64,000 nucleotides of DNA, taken from Chrysomallon squamiferum (taxonomy: Eukaryota; Animalia; Mollusca). Below, one piece after another: positions 30,348 through 44,961 of the stretch. A program made the translations under genes and the position numbers. Location: NCBI GenBank assembly GCA_012295275.1, contig CM022675.1:11036001-11100000 (forward strand). The letters are read 5' to 3'. The notes below the pieces were generated by a model. The model did no database searches. It saw nothing but the letters and a program-made list of their open reading frames with translations, and was not told the origin of the DNA. Numbering within the stretch: the first letter of the stretch is position 1; each line of letters begins with the position of its first letter.

Positions 30348-30617
30348 GCAGATAACAACAACAATAACAAATAATAAAAAAAATTATAATAATAACAATA
30401 AAATCATTAATTAACAGTACAGAAGATACTTTTAAAGAAGGAATAAAAAAAACAATAATAATAAGAAGTATCTATGCTAGAGAAGGCAATTCAAAGACAG
30501 ATATGGTAGTGTAACATCAAAATGAAATTTTATTTATTTGTTTATTTATTTATTTATTTATTTATTCATTCATTCATTTATTTATTAATTTTCCATTATT
30601 CTTTCTTTATTTGTTTC

Positions 30618-30684
<67 letters not shown>

Positions 30685-31170
30685 TTTTTTTTTTATTATT
30701 TTTTTTTTACATAACCTATTTTTACCAGCAAACACTCATCACCGAAACATTTTTCGAGTCTAAAAGTCACATCTTAGTAACCACGCACTTTCCTTCCTAG
30801 TGACTCTGTCTCGACGCGCAGAATTGTGAAGCGAGCGCAATTACTGCTCCGCGCTGGCAAACAGAAGATACGCATCTAAGTAATCGCTATAGCGACTACT
30901 GCCAAGACACGCACGTAGATAAACATATGTCACTAGTAATACGGAAACTGCCAGGTGCGTTTGCCAGCGAAACGTTGCAACGCGGCCACACGAGTTATAT
31001 TGATGAAAAAATATAAGTTTTATATTGTTTATGAATGTTCCTTGCAGACTCGTTAAAAGAAAAACGAAAAAAAAAAAAAAAAAGAAAGAACAAAAATCTA
31101 TGGCTTGTTTCTTTGCAGTTTTATTTTTGGTCAGATGTTGTGTTGTGCTTTGTGTTTTGTTTTCTGTTGT

Positions 31171-31206
<36 letters not shown>

Positions 31207-32587
31207 ATTATTCATTAATATCTATATTATATACCTGTATATCTGCATATATATAAAATGTGTGTATGTGTGTGTGGTATATACATACATACATACATAT
31301 ATATATATATATGCATAAAATAAGAAAATAAAAATTTTTCTTAGATTTCTTATAAATTGTATATGTGTGGATATGTTCTATCATCACATATACTTGACTT
31401 TTTTTTTTTTTTTAATTCAATATAATAATAGTCACAAAAGTTAGGATGTGAAATGAAAACAGTAAGCAAATACGTTTTCAGCACAATGAAACGTACACCC
31501 GATAATACGACTTGAGTCGTAAAAAAGTTATTTTTGTCCACGTCACCAACGTCTACCCACGTCGTTGTAACAAAAGGATCGCGCTTGTAACACCCAACTC
31601 CGTCACCGCTGTAGGTCCGTAACGTACGTTGATATCAGGATACTTCACAATCTTTAAATCACACATGAAATGTGGCAAAAGAAAAAAAAAAAAAAAAAAA
31701 AAATGGAGGAACTGTTTTGATTTGTACACTAGGAAAATCGTGGGTGGGCGGAAAGTTAAAAAAAAAAAAAAAAAAAAAAAATATACATACATAAAAAAAA
31801 AAAAAAATAAAATAAACAAAAAAAAATTTAAACAATGGTTAACACTTGAAGCTGTTATGTTCGGTCGATGTGAAATTCAAACCTTACTTATTTGTTTGTT
31901 TAGCGATGTATGCGGTTTTTTTCTACGACAGACAAAAGGAAAACACATGAGATTCAGAGTCAGACAGTCGATTTGGCCTCGATAGGGTTGTCACACGTTC
32001 CGGTTGGCACCGGATTTCGCAATATTAACAACCCATTAATGCCAGATGTCAACGCAAAAAGTGTTTGAAGGGTGGATGGGAAAAAAAATGTATCAGGTTT
32101 TTTTTGTTGTTGTTTTTTTTTCTTTAATTTTCGCACGTACTGCGGTAGTTTCAGTATAAATTAGCAACGATTTTTCTTCACTTTGACGACACTAATATAT
32201 CACCCGTTAAAACGGTATTGTTTGTTTTTGTAACGTCGTTGTCTGGCTCTTGTTTACAGTGATTCGTATCAATTTTGTTCAGTCCCACCGAGTGTTGTTA
32301 CGTTGTAAATAAAAGCTATAAAGAGAAAATGGTGTTGTTCTGTTTTTAAGATAATTTAACAGTGTTGTTTTTTTTGTTTTTTTCTAATTTATATATTACA
32401 CCAAACACACATACACACAACACAGAATAAATAAATAAATGAATAAATAAATAAATAAATAAATAAATAACAGAAAACAAACTTTAGGAAGAACAATATA
32501 TTTCACTAATAATAATAATAATAATAAATTTCTTTAACGAGTCTGTAAGGTATATTTAAATATATTATAACACAATATATATAAATA

Positions 32588-32647
<60 letters not shown>

Positions 32648-33427
32648 CTTGTATGTGCCGTTTTATGTTTGCTATTGTAATTCTGCAGCCTTACTGAACA
32701 GTTCCTCTACATAAACATTAACGAAAATTTATTCAGTAGAGAATGCTAAATGTTCTCTATAATAACACCAAATATTTACAGATTTCAAAGATGGTTCATT
32801 TTTTGGCTTCATCACTGAACAATTAATTAATTGAAAGGTGGGGTTTATGACATCTCTATGCATATCAGGTTAACGATCATTAGTGTCAGATATAAATTAC
32901 AGACATATATATATATATATATATACTACCAATAAAAAATAAAAATCTCAGCGTTTTGCCATCTTGTTTTCTAGGAGCTTGAAATCATTTCATATACACC
33001 GTAACATAGCAAAAAATACACCATGCAGTTTCATATCAGGTGTGTGTTGCGCTGTATTCAATTGACGGGAATCGATCGTGGCATCTATTACATGTAAACG
33101 AGCTGTCTAAGAATTAAACTGCAGACTGTTCTTATCACAGCAAAGAGGATGGCAGAATTATCTCTCAGAGGTGGTCGCCTTGTGAGCATGTTATCTCCCC
33201 TGACACATTGTGTTGATGTGTGTAAGTATTCCTCTGTCTACCTGACGTAGCCCATTTGTCTCTGTGTACACAATGTGCCACGGGCAAATGTTAATCTGGG
33301 AACACGCCTACCTGTGTGCGTCTTGTTTGTCAAACAATTCGATGAGAAAGAAAATAAAAGAAAAAATCTCTCAGGTTGTGGTTGAGGGAGAGATGGAGGG
33401 AGGGAGGGAAGGAGGGAGGGAGGGAGA

Positions 33428-33514
<87 letters not shown>

Positions 33515-33639
33515 CTATAGATTTCTTTTTGAATATTCTTGTGTCTTTGTTTTAATTCTCTATTTCTTTTCCTTTATCTCCATATTTCCATCTCTCTCTG
33601 AATGTTTACAAACACATTACACATATTTAACATTGATTA

Positions 33640-33686
<47 letters not shown>

Positions 33687-34334
33687 TCCTCATCGTCAAC
33701 AGTAATTCCTTTTTTTTTCTTTTTTTTTAATCTCCATCACTTTCTTTTCTTTTTTTTTTTCTTCTTTCCTCTATCTTTCTACACTCTCTTTCATTCTTCA
33801 GAAGTGTATATACTTTATTTCTCTCTACCAAAGCTTTTGTTTGTTTTGGCTAGATCGCATCAACAGCTTCGAAATAGGCATAAATCACAAGCGAGTACTG
33901 TCGATAGGAGAGCGGTGTGTCTATTTAAGATACCACACGCCTGCTTACAAATGATACGTGAAATGAAATGACTATCGGGTTTGTTGTTGCAATTCATATC
34001 TCGTTTTCTGAAGAAAGGGTTGAAAGTTTCACAGAAATTATGATGACTCCACGAAATGCGACAAAGATAATGCAATTTCCTGGACGCAGTTCTGCATGGT
34101 CACGTGTTTTAGCAATTACTGGCATTAACAAGACATTTATTATTCCTGAGTTGTCTGTTGCATATAGAACTGAAATGTGCAAGAGAAAAATGGATATGTC
34201 GATTTGGTATTCACATCGAGGTATTATGTGGAAGAAGTATTGAATAAGCGAATGAGAAAGTGTGAAAAAAAAGAAAAGAAAGAGAATGAACGAACAAAAG
34301 AAACACATGATGAAAGATAAAGAGTTAAGAGCAA

Positions 34335-34466
<132 letters not shown>

Positions 34467-34522
34467 CATGGTTATAAATATCCGGAGAGAAAGAGAGATG
34501 TATTTAAATTAGAAACATCATA

Positions 34523-34579
<57 letters not shown>

Positions 34580-35210
34580 GTTGTTGTTGCTGTTGTTGTT
34601 CTCGCTTGTTATTCGAATTAATACTACTACTTGTTTTTATTATTGTCATCATCGTCCTTTTCATAAATACATTTCATTAGTAGACAACAGCAAAAATCTA
34701 TTTATTTTCTCAAATTTAAAATAAAAATACTCTCATTGAAGATCTGTTTTTGAATGTATACAACAAACACATTTCAGAACTAAGCTACAGTCTTAACCTC
34801 AAAGTTATTTTTTTTTTCTTTTTTTATTTTTTTTTTTTGCCTGTCACAAATCAGCTGACTAGATTCTCGCCTGTTTACTTCGCTATTTAATTTACGTAGG
34901 TACGTACAGTCTGGTGACAATTGTGACTACATAAATAAATAAGTCAATCCTTTTCACCTGCAGTAAACACATGAAGGGTTTACATAGCTTAGCGACGTAT
35001 CTTTATGTCTTCCGAAAAAAAGGCATTAAAGTTGTTTTCATCGAGAGAAAATTGTTTTTATGTTAACAGTCACTGTCGCTAAAGTTCATAAAACTGCGTG
35101 GACAATGAACTATGAGACTGCGTACGTAACTAACTGTGCGTGATGCTGTTGTGTGCGTGTGCGTGCAAAAGTTGATATTTTGTACAGTAAAGAACTAGTG
35201 TGATAAATGT

Positions 35211-36270
35211 AACGTACTCTTTAATGTTATGGTTTTCCATGAAATTTCGACGTACGTGATTATGTATTTTAGTCATTACAAGAATAATACAACGTACGTG
35301 ACACTGAATGCTATTTTGAACAATTCAGGTTCAACGTACGTGATGGTATTTGGTATTCAACAGAATGCGAATCAACGTACGTGATGGTTCACTTTAATTT
35401 AAACGAAGAAAAAGCTGCTATAACGACACTTTATAATGTTCAACACAACGAATTATGTAACATACGTGACAGTTGGCATAGTTTCTCATACAATGAAAAT
35501 GCAAAGTGATGTTGGTTTTGATTATTTTATTTTAAAATAAAAATGGAACGTAAAAAACAGTCTACCCTGATTTGAAAAAATATAAATGTAACTTACGTTC
35601 CATTCGGCCAAATAAAAATACAACATACATGACGAAATAGGCTTTTCTCAATAACGAAAACTGACGTACGTGATGTTCTACATTATTCACAATAAAGAAA
35701 AAGACAACGTACGTGATACTATATACTTTACACAACGTTCTGTAACATACGTGACAGTTGGCATAGTTTCTCATACAATGAAAATGCAAAGTGATGTTGG
35801 TTTTGATTATTTTATTTTAAAATAAAAATGGAACGTAAAAAACAGTCTACCCTGATTTGAAAAAATATAAATGTAACTTACGTTCCATTCGGTAAAATAA
35901 AAATACAACATACATGACGAAATAGGCTTTTCTCAATAACGAAAACTGACGTACGTGATGTTCTACATTATTCACAATAAAGAAAAAGACAACGTACGTG
36001 ATACTATATGCTTTACACAACGTTCTTCTCAACGTACGTGATAATATATGCACTTCGTAATAATGAAAATGAAAATATAACGTACGTGATAGAGAGTTTA
36101 CTTTAACGAATGAAAATTCAGTGTAGATGTAGTGTAATTTCTGCAGCATCAAAAATAAGTCTAGAACCAATGTCATCTGAATATAACAGAATAAATATTA
36201 AATGTTCAAGACATCCTTCTTAGATCAGTAAATGTTTAGTGTATGCGATTTTTACGATTAACATACGTGA
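35211..36270 (+). repeat. Repeat-spacer array / degenerate ~42-bp minisatellite with conserved ACGTACGTGA core
   Basis: Cores start at 35250, 35292, 35334, 35375, 35460, 35664, 35707, 35745, 35949, 35992, 36032, 36080 and 36261. Degenerate cores fill intermediate positions (35212, ~35500, 35548, 35591, 35623 and their duplicates). Confidence 0.9.
35456..36025 (+). repeat. Recent 285-bp tandem duplication (35456-35740 / 35741-36025)
   Basis: The copies are identical except about 3 substitutions seen by eye (ggcca/ggtaa; tatac/tatgc). Confidence 0.95.
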
Positions 36271-36428
36271 CAGTTTGTGTTATTTGGTAAACAGTAATAT
36301 CGCACAACCTCTGTTATGTAACACAAAGAAAATATTACTGAAAAAGGCTTCCACAGCCAGCAACATTGTTCTCTTGCAAAACTTCAGCAGAAACGTAAGT
36401 ACTTGTTAGAACAAGATCATCCTGCTTT

Positions 36429-36520
36429 GTATGTATGTATGTATGTATGTATGTATGTATGTATGTATGTATGTATGTATGTATGTATGTATGTATGTAT
36501 GTATGTATGTATGTATGTAT
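36429..36520 (+). repeat. (GTAT)n tetranucleotide microsatellite
   Basis: Pure run just downstream of the ACGTACGTGA array. Confidence 0.97.
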
Positions 36521-37179
36521 ACCATAGTTACCGGGTGTAGGTGAAAGCACCTTTTCTCCTGCGTTTTCTAACACTCAACACTGAAATACATTCATCGACT
36601 ACTTTCTGACACAATACAGATCGTTAAGCACTAAATATTAATACAAGTAAAGTAAAGAACAAAAATGTAAAGAAACAAAAACATTCTCTTTGTGGAAACC
36701 ATTCGCTCACTCTTGGACATGTCCCTTTAATCCAGTGATATTTAAATACATAAATTTAACGATTTTGAAATGTTTGATTTTATGAGTTTAAAAAAAGTGT
36801 ATGAATTTTTTATCCTACGCAGCATATTATGTGCGTGATATTTGTGGTATTCGATCGATCAAAAATATAATATACATTAGTAATTAGGGATACTGATTAT
36901 AATTCAAATAATGTCCATTGTTGACTCGGCTATATTTGGCGTGGTGTAAACGATAGCTTATATTACTAGACTGAAAAGAAAGGGTATCTGTTAATCTGTA
37001 GTGTTAGAATGAAAGTATGGCTGACCTGAACGTGATAACAACCGTTATTGAAAATAAAATTTGCATGATAAGAGGTGCTGATTTTGTTTTGTAGATAATC
37101 TTCTGGTATAAACGCAAATACATAGAAATGAGGAGACAGAAATAAAGGCAGAGAAAGAAAGAAAAAAGATACAGAGGTT

Positions 37180-37231
<52 letters not shown>

Positions 37232-38101
37232 CTGTTATTACTACTACTACTACTACTACTACTACTGTTACTACTGTTACTACCAGTAAAAGGCAAAATG
37301 AAGGAAGCAACAATCAGAATTACTTAACACTATTAAAATTTAAATTTACCAGATAAATATATAAGCAAGTAAGTTAATAAATAATAATAATAATAATAAT
37401 AGTAATAACAACAACAACAACAATAATAATAATAATAATAATAATGTCTAAACAAAACAAAAACAAAACATAAAAACAAACAAACAAAAAAATAAAAATA
37501 AAATAAAATTTGTAAAATTAAATTAAATAAATAAATAAATAAAAAATATATAAAATATAAATATAAATATATATATTAAATAAATTAAATAAAATAAATA
37601 AATTAAATAAAATAAATAAATAAATAAATAAAAATTAAATAAATAGGTATATATATATTCAAAAATAATCGTCCATCCCAAATCTCACCTTAATAGATAC
37701 AACATTTAATTTCCAAGTTCTAAACCTCGGAATTTGGATTAAGGAACGCAAAACGTCTGCTTTATCTAAAACAGCCGAAATCCATCGCCGCTTCATTTAG
37801 CTCAACCTTTCCGCAGGTCGTTATGGAGCAAGACAACTAAGGAATTAATAGTCGACGTATACAACACAAAAGGTGCAGTTTATTACAAGACCGTGTTAGT
37901 ATCCAAGCCATCCTTTTTATCATTTGTGATGTTTCCGTCATATGCCACAAAACTTTTTCCAGATTTCTCATAGACAGCTGGCAGTGCATAACACATGGGG
38001 AATTAGTTAGGGCATGGTGTCTTGTAGTTTTCTTTTCAGTAGGGAGAAGTAAGAATATTGAAAGAGTTTTAATGTAGCTTAGATATCTGTATGTTTTTTT
38101 T

Positions 38102-38151
<50 letters not shown>

Positions 38152-38200
38152 CATTTAGTTTTTCTTGTTTTTGTAATTTATATTTTTGCGAAGAGTTATC

Positions 38201-38266
<66 letters not shown>

Positions 38267-41094
38267 ATAAAGAAGAAGAACATGAAAAAAGAAGAATGAC
38301 TTCAAAGAAATAACCAGAATTTCATCCAACCAAACCATAAAAAAATTTAAAGATTTATTCACCACGAAGGGACTTAATCAGATAGAATTATACTGGACAA
38401 GATAATCGCTGACTTACTGCAAACTAAGAACTTCTTATCTAAGCTTTTCGTAAATGACTTTAATTCCACGAGGCAGAAACACCGAACATTTATTTATTTA
38501 TTTAATCTTTTTTTTTTTTTTTTTTTTTTTTTCACTTCAAAGCGAAAATTCGTTCCTGTTTATTTAATAAGACTAAGGGTTAAAGCTGTCACCAACAGCA
38601 CGATCTCTCTGTCACATCAAGTCGTAGATTCTGGTTTTCGCCATTAATTGAAATTTTCTTATTATTTTGATATATGGCCACCAGTCGATAAAGGGAGATA
38701 ATTCTGTTACGTTTGCCGCGACGGTACAGCTACGCGCCACGTTTTTAATTTCCCTATGTAAATTTCACGCAGGCGCCCAGACGGTCCGAAGAATAAGATG
38801 ACGACGCTTTAGGAGGTAAACATCAGCATTTATAAAGTGACCAACAGACAGAAGCCAGAACGAATTCAACATATATGATTATTTAAGTAGCTGACGCCAA
38901 GATCAAAGAAAAACAGAAAAAAAAAAAAAAAAAAAAAAAAAATAAAGGGAAAAGGGAGGTAAAGATAATTTTCTGTAACCGATTTCTCTCTCTCTTTTTT
39001 TGACCGGGATAAAATTAATTAAAAGGTTTAACGATTTGTATCTCTTCAAGTGTGAAAAAATCAATAATTCGGAGGCAGAAGAACGAGTAAATCTTCCCAA
39101 CAGTCAATAGTAATCCACTGTGGGAAAGCCAGTTTGACGGCTGATTAGAGCCTCGGTCCGCACGTCTCAATTGATGTTCCGCGTCCACGGCCTATCTCGG
39201 ATTTTCAGCCGTCTCGGCGAAATCGAGGTCGTGTTGTTTATTACCCCCCTTGCACCTCGTGTCAACTGCCAAAGCGCTTACCAGCCAATCAGCTGCCTCT
39301 GTATACGGAAACAGACACTTTTTTAATTTTTTGTCAAAGCTGAACGGAAATTCGCCAAAGCGAAGTATCGACGTAAATGTATTGGTTTCTGTCTGCAACT
39401 TTCCATATTGATAATCCACAACGAAATAAGGATGAAAATAAATTTGAAATTTTCGAAGGGTGAAAAAAAAAGTCCCAACAGTTAAAAGTTAAAATAAATG
39501 GGTATTTCTTTTGATTTTTTTTTTTCTTTTTTGAAATATTTGTTAAATTCGTCGTTTGATCTTGTTCAACTAATTTAACTTGTTTTTAAGTTTTGTTTAA
39601 TTTAGTTTCACTTTATTTTGTTTCATCTTGTTTGTTGTTTGTGTTACCACTATCATCACAACTACTACTACTACCACTGGTACCACTACTACCACTACTA
39701 CTATTACTACCATTCCTCCTGCTCCTTCTTCTCCTTCTTCTCCTTCTCCTACTACTAATGTTACTACTATTATTACTACTATTGATGCTACTGCTACTAC
39801 TACTACTATTACTACTGCTACAGTTGCTATTATTATTGTTACTACTACTACAACTAAAACTATTACTGCTACTACCACTACTTTTACAACTGCACCAGTA
39901 TTTTTTAATTTACTTTCATTTTCTGGAGTAGCGGTGTTAAATAATTGTCTCCGTTTACTTATTTTTATTATTTTTGTTATCTCTTTAACTTAATCTACGT
40001 CTGTACTGAAGTACTGAAATATATTCGTATTTAAATTTAAAAAATAAATTCAAAAAAAAAAAAAAGAGAAGAATTCAAGTTTACATTAAACTTTCACCAA
40101 ACAAATGACAAATAAATGAGAACAAAAAAATAATGAACTTGAACAAAACAAATATAATAAATGAATTAACAAACGAACAAACAAACAAACAATCAAACAA
40201 ACAAACAAATGAACAAATAAACCAACAATAACCAATGTTATAAAATATCAAAATAATACTTTTACTTTTAGGACATTTAGAGAAATTAGTAAAAATAATA
40301 ATAAAAAAAATAAAATGAAAAAAAAAAAAAAAATAAATAAATAAAATGATAAATTAATAAAATAAAACAAAATAAAATAAAATAAATAAAATAAAAATAA
40401 AATAAAATAAAATAAAATAAAATAAAACAAAATAAAATAAATAAAATAAAATAAAAATAAAATAAAATAAAATAAAATAAATAAATAAGTCTTAGTTTAT
40501 ACATTGATACGTAAACTTAATAAAAATCAACACTTAAAAAACACAAAAAAACATTAAAGAACGCAGACATCAAAGTCACATCGAAACTCTAAACTCGTGT
40601 TATTTTTCGAAACTCACAAATTACGTCATTTCGCTCAATATTAATTTGGACGAAAGTGGAAAACTCCGATTTTCATAACGAAACAAAACTATCAGGTCCT
40701 GTAGAATATCTCACATTGGTCCTTTCATCTTCGTACTTCGGGAACAAAGGTTAATATCAGTAGAAGGCTTTACGCAGCTGAGACCTAATCTTAAATGGAT
40801 TACGGTTAATCTAATTTCGCGGATCATCCCGCAGTAATTTCGCAAATGCACTGGGAAGGAAATGGAAAATTGTTAGTTATGGATTTTGTGGTATTTAAGC
40901 TATTTTTCTTTCCTGGCTTCCTTTTGATGTGAAATTGTGTTAAATTCTTTGACACACCATTCCAGTCGGCTTGTCAAAACAGACACAATTTATGTATCCC
41001 TAGATGGAATTTTTTTCAATGTTTCTAATTAATATTTGCCCCTGTTTAACTCTGTCTGGCTTCTGTTTTTGTTTTATTTTGTCTAACTCCCTGT

Positions 41095-41154
<60 letters not shown>

Positions 41155-41279
41155 CAATGTCTATTTTTGCATATGTGCTTTGTAAATGCACCTTATTATA
41201 AACAAAAACGAAAGGTATATATGAATATACATATCCATTTGGATATATATACTATGTTTTTGTGTATGTACTACCTGTC

Positions 41280-41330
<51 letters not shown>

Positions 41331-42321
41331 ACCCACCTGTACATGTATCATAACAAAGATAGGTAATAAATACACGTAAATATAAACAGTTTTACTTATA
41401 TTGAGTATATGTGGGAGAAAGCTGATAGCTGAATTTGTGAATTCTTTGTAACAGATGTGTATTGACTTAATAATGTATGCCTTTTTTTTTTTTTCCAACG
41501 GTTTTATAGCTTTGCAACATTGTTGTTTTAATAGAATGTAAGTGAATCGTATCATTTAAGAAAAAAAAAAATTAGAAAAAAAAATAGAAGAAGAAAATTT
41601 CAGTGTAAATAATTAGAAGTCTAATTTATTAATGTCCTGTATAATGTCCTATATATCACAGCGAAATGTTTGTCGTTTTATTTATCTGTTTATGTGTGTG
41701 TATATGCATGTATACATGTGTGTGTGTGTGTGTGTGTGTCTGCGTATGTATGACCTCACGTCATATAATATAATGTAATGCAGTGTATCATAAAGAACGA
41801 AATAAAAGTGAAAGATGTGCATAAACGCAAAGGATCATTGTTCGTTACGCATGACATCACACAGTTACATGTTTTTCTACACCTCTTTTTGAAATCATTG
41901 TTTCTGATATAGCTATTCACAAATAACACTGCAGTGAACGTGTCAGATGACTGTAATTTCATAGATTAACAGAATTAATTAGAACAAAGCAATAATAATT
42001 AAGAAAAAAGAATTTAAATTAAATAAAATAATACAACATAAAACGATATAATTATTATATACATGAATTATTTATATATTATATCTTACCATTTAAATAA
42101 ATATATAAGTTAATACATACATAAAAAAAACATGAATACATACATTCATCAGCTAAAATTCTTTTTTCAGTTTATACTGAGATAGGAAAATATATTTTTA
42201 TTAGAAAATCCTCTATCTAGCAAATTGAGAATAATGATAAGAGAGAAAGAGAAAAAATGATGAGAGGTTTTTCAAATTATTTGTAAGCGTATAAATAATT
42301 AGTTGTTATATTTCTGTTATA

Positions 42322-42364
<43 letters not shown>

Positions 42365-43260
42365 GTCATGATGATGATGATAATAATAATAAAAGTAACG
42401 ATTCTTTTATCATTATTATTATTAATTATTATTATTATAATAATAATTAATTATAATAATAAAAGGGTTGTAATATTACTACTAATAATAATGATTAGAC
42501 TACTAAAGAAGAAAAAAGAAAAGATGAAATAGGTAAGAACGTTTTTAATTTTAACTTTCAGAAAATATAACTGAATCTAAATAAAATAAAATAAAATAAA
42601 ATAAATAAAAATACATTTTAAAAATGAAAACAAAATAAACTAAATAATGAAACAAACAAGCACTGAAATCATATATTTTATATTTTATGTAGTCGATATC
42701 CTTTTTATTTAATTATCTTTAAAGAGTAAACTGATAAAAAAAATTAAACTGTCATGGCAATTTTTATTTGAAGATTATGAAGACATATCTTACTATGTCA
42801 ATTTTATTTTTCTCAAAATTATTTTATCTTATTTTATTTTATTGATATACACATTTTTATCATAAAACATTATTTGTAATCAGTCATGCAAATAAATAAA
42901 TAAATATGTACACATTAAATAAGAAAATTAATCTGTCAGTTAATAATTATACGTGAATAAATAAATAAATAAAATAAAAATAAGAATATTTAACTAATTT
43001 TAATTCAGTTTAAATAAAAATAGTTATGCAGATAATATTAAAAAAAATAATTAAAACAGATTATTGATAATAATAATATTTAAAACGGTAACAGCAGTTG
43101 TTGTAGCCTTATAATTACTGTTGTATTCAAGATTCTAAAATTCTGAATATAAAATAAATTGATTATAAAATATCTTAAGAACAAACAATTTTTTTTTTCA
43201 TTAATGAAATGTTGTTTAATACCGAAATAATTAGTTCTAATCTGTTTGGCTTTTCAGATT

Positions 43261-43291
<31 letters not shown>

Positions 43292-43432
43292 TTCATTTAT
43301 TTATTCATTTATTTGCTAATTTTATAATTATTTTATCTTTGTTTATTTGTTAACCGACTTTTTTTTTTTCTATTGTTGTTCCCTTCTTTGTTTTGCTTTA
43401 TTTGTTTGTTTGTTTGTGGTTATTTTTGTTTT

Positions 43433-43471
<39 letters not shown>

Positions 43472-43599
43472 CTTCTTTTCATACATTCGTCACTGGGTTT
43501 TTTATCAAAATATTAGTAAATTTATATTCTTATTTATTTATTTAGTTTTTAAATACATACCTAAATACCTACATCCTTACAAACTTACTTATCTGTGTC

Positions 43600-43900
43600 T
43601 TATTTCGCTCATACTAGAAAGTAACACATTTAAAACTGAATCATTTTTTCATCTTGCATAAATTACTAAATATGTATTTATTTATTTAGTTATTTATTTA
43701 GTTTTTAATTACATACTAACTTACGAATCTCACTTTAAAGTGCATACTTTTTTCATCTTGTATAAGTTATACATTTTTTTTTTAATTTTTAAAATTTTAT
43801 TTATTTTAATTATTTTTTTTATATTACCACTCTAATTTCCTTACCTCACGTACTAGAAAGTTACAAATGTAAAACTGTATCATTTTTTTTTCATCTTGTA
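43600..43900 (+). repeat. Locally dispersed degenerate repeat (tactagaaagt.aca.at.taaaactg.atcattttttcatcttg), 2 full copies plus 1 partial
   Basis: Copies at ~43612-43657 and ~43851-43899; partial copy tttttcatcttgta at ~43749-43762. Confidence 0.7.
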
Positions 43901-44422
43901 CGAGTCTCTTATTTTCGTTTTTTTTTTTTTTTTCTTTCTTTCTTTTTTTCAAGTACTAACTACCTGACAGGAACTAACGTAGTGGTAGATGGCGAGAGAT
44001 AAAACTCTTGTACGAACGGCGTTGGTTTCACTCAACAAGCCAATAAATGAACGCAGTTGTCGTTCCTGTCAGTCACACTGTGACACGTGTGCGCAGAAAG
44101 CGAACTCCGAGTCTGGGAAAAAATTCTTAAGGTAATAAAACTTAATATAGTTTTTTGAACTTAGCAGCGCCTTTTAACGTTGGTTTTCTGTTCTGTTTTT
44201 TTTTTTTTTAAATACAGGAATCTGTGTCACTTTTGTTCCTAGTTAATATATCTTACGTTAGATGTTTGGCTCATTCTATGAACATATATACATACATGTA
44301 TAATGGAAAGGATAAATAAATAAATAAATAAATACATATATATATATATACACATACATACATACAATAAGTAATTAATTAATTAAGTAAATAACTTATA
44401 CAAACTGAAAAATGATATATAT

Positions 44423-44520
<98 letters not shown>

Positions 44521-44928
44521 ATTTATTTATCTTTTTATTTATATTTAGTTTGCTACATATCTTGTACATTTTTATCATTGGTGATATTAATATATATGTT
44601 TTATTCTGTTCAGCATTATTTCTGGATGGTTATATGAAAAAGGAAATTATTTTAAAAAAATTTATCTTTAGGAGTTTGTTTTGCTAAGTATTTTAAAATC
44701 GTGGTGAAAAACGAAGAAAAAAAAACAAAAAACTATTAAATGAGAAACACAAAAATAAATATGTAATTTACTGTAGTTACTGTTACATATTAATCTTTGG
44801 AAGTTTTTGTTTTGTTTTATTTATTTATTTATTCATTTATTTATTTATTCATTTATTTACTTACTTATTTTTTATTCATTTATTTATTTTATTATAATTG
44901 CTAGATTCTGTATGCATTTTATTATTAC

Positions 44929-44961
<33 letters not shown>

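Noticed and set aside
35562-36176. Two similar minus-strand ORFs (75 and 109 aa)
   Set aside because: Their similarity simply reflects the 285-bp duplication; no coding signature.
35211-36270. CRISPR array interpretation of the repeat-spacer array
   Set aside because: The repeat is only 10-13 bp, period is irregular with decayed units, there is no leader or cas gene, and the context is an animal Hox locus.
36400-36560. Helentron/HINE-like end ((GTAT)n plus AGGTG-AAAG-CACCT hairpin plus TTT) next to the array
   Set aside because: Only a 5-bp stem, and I could not find matching subterminal inverted repeats. Insufficient to call a mobile element without a genome search.
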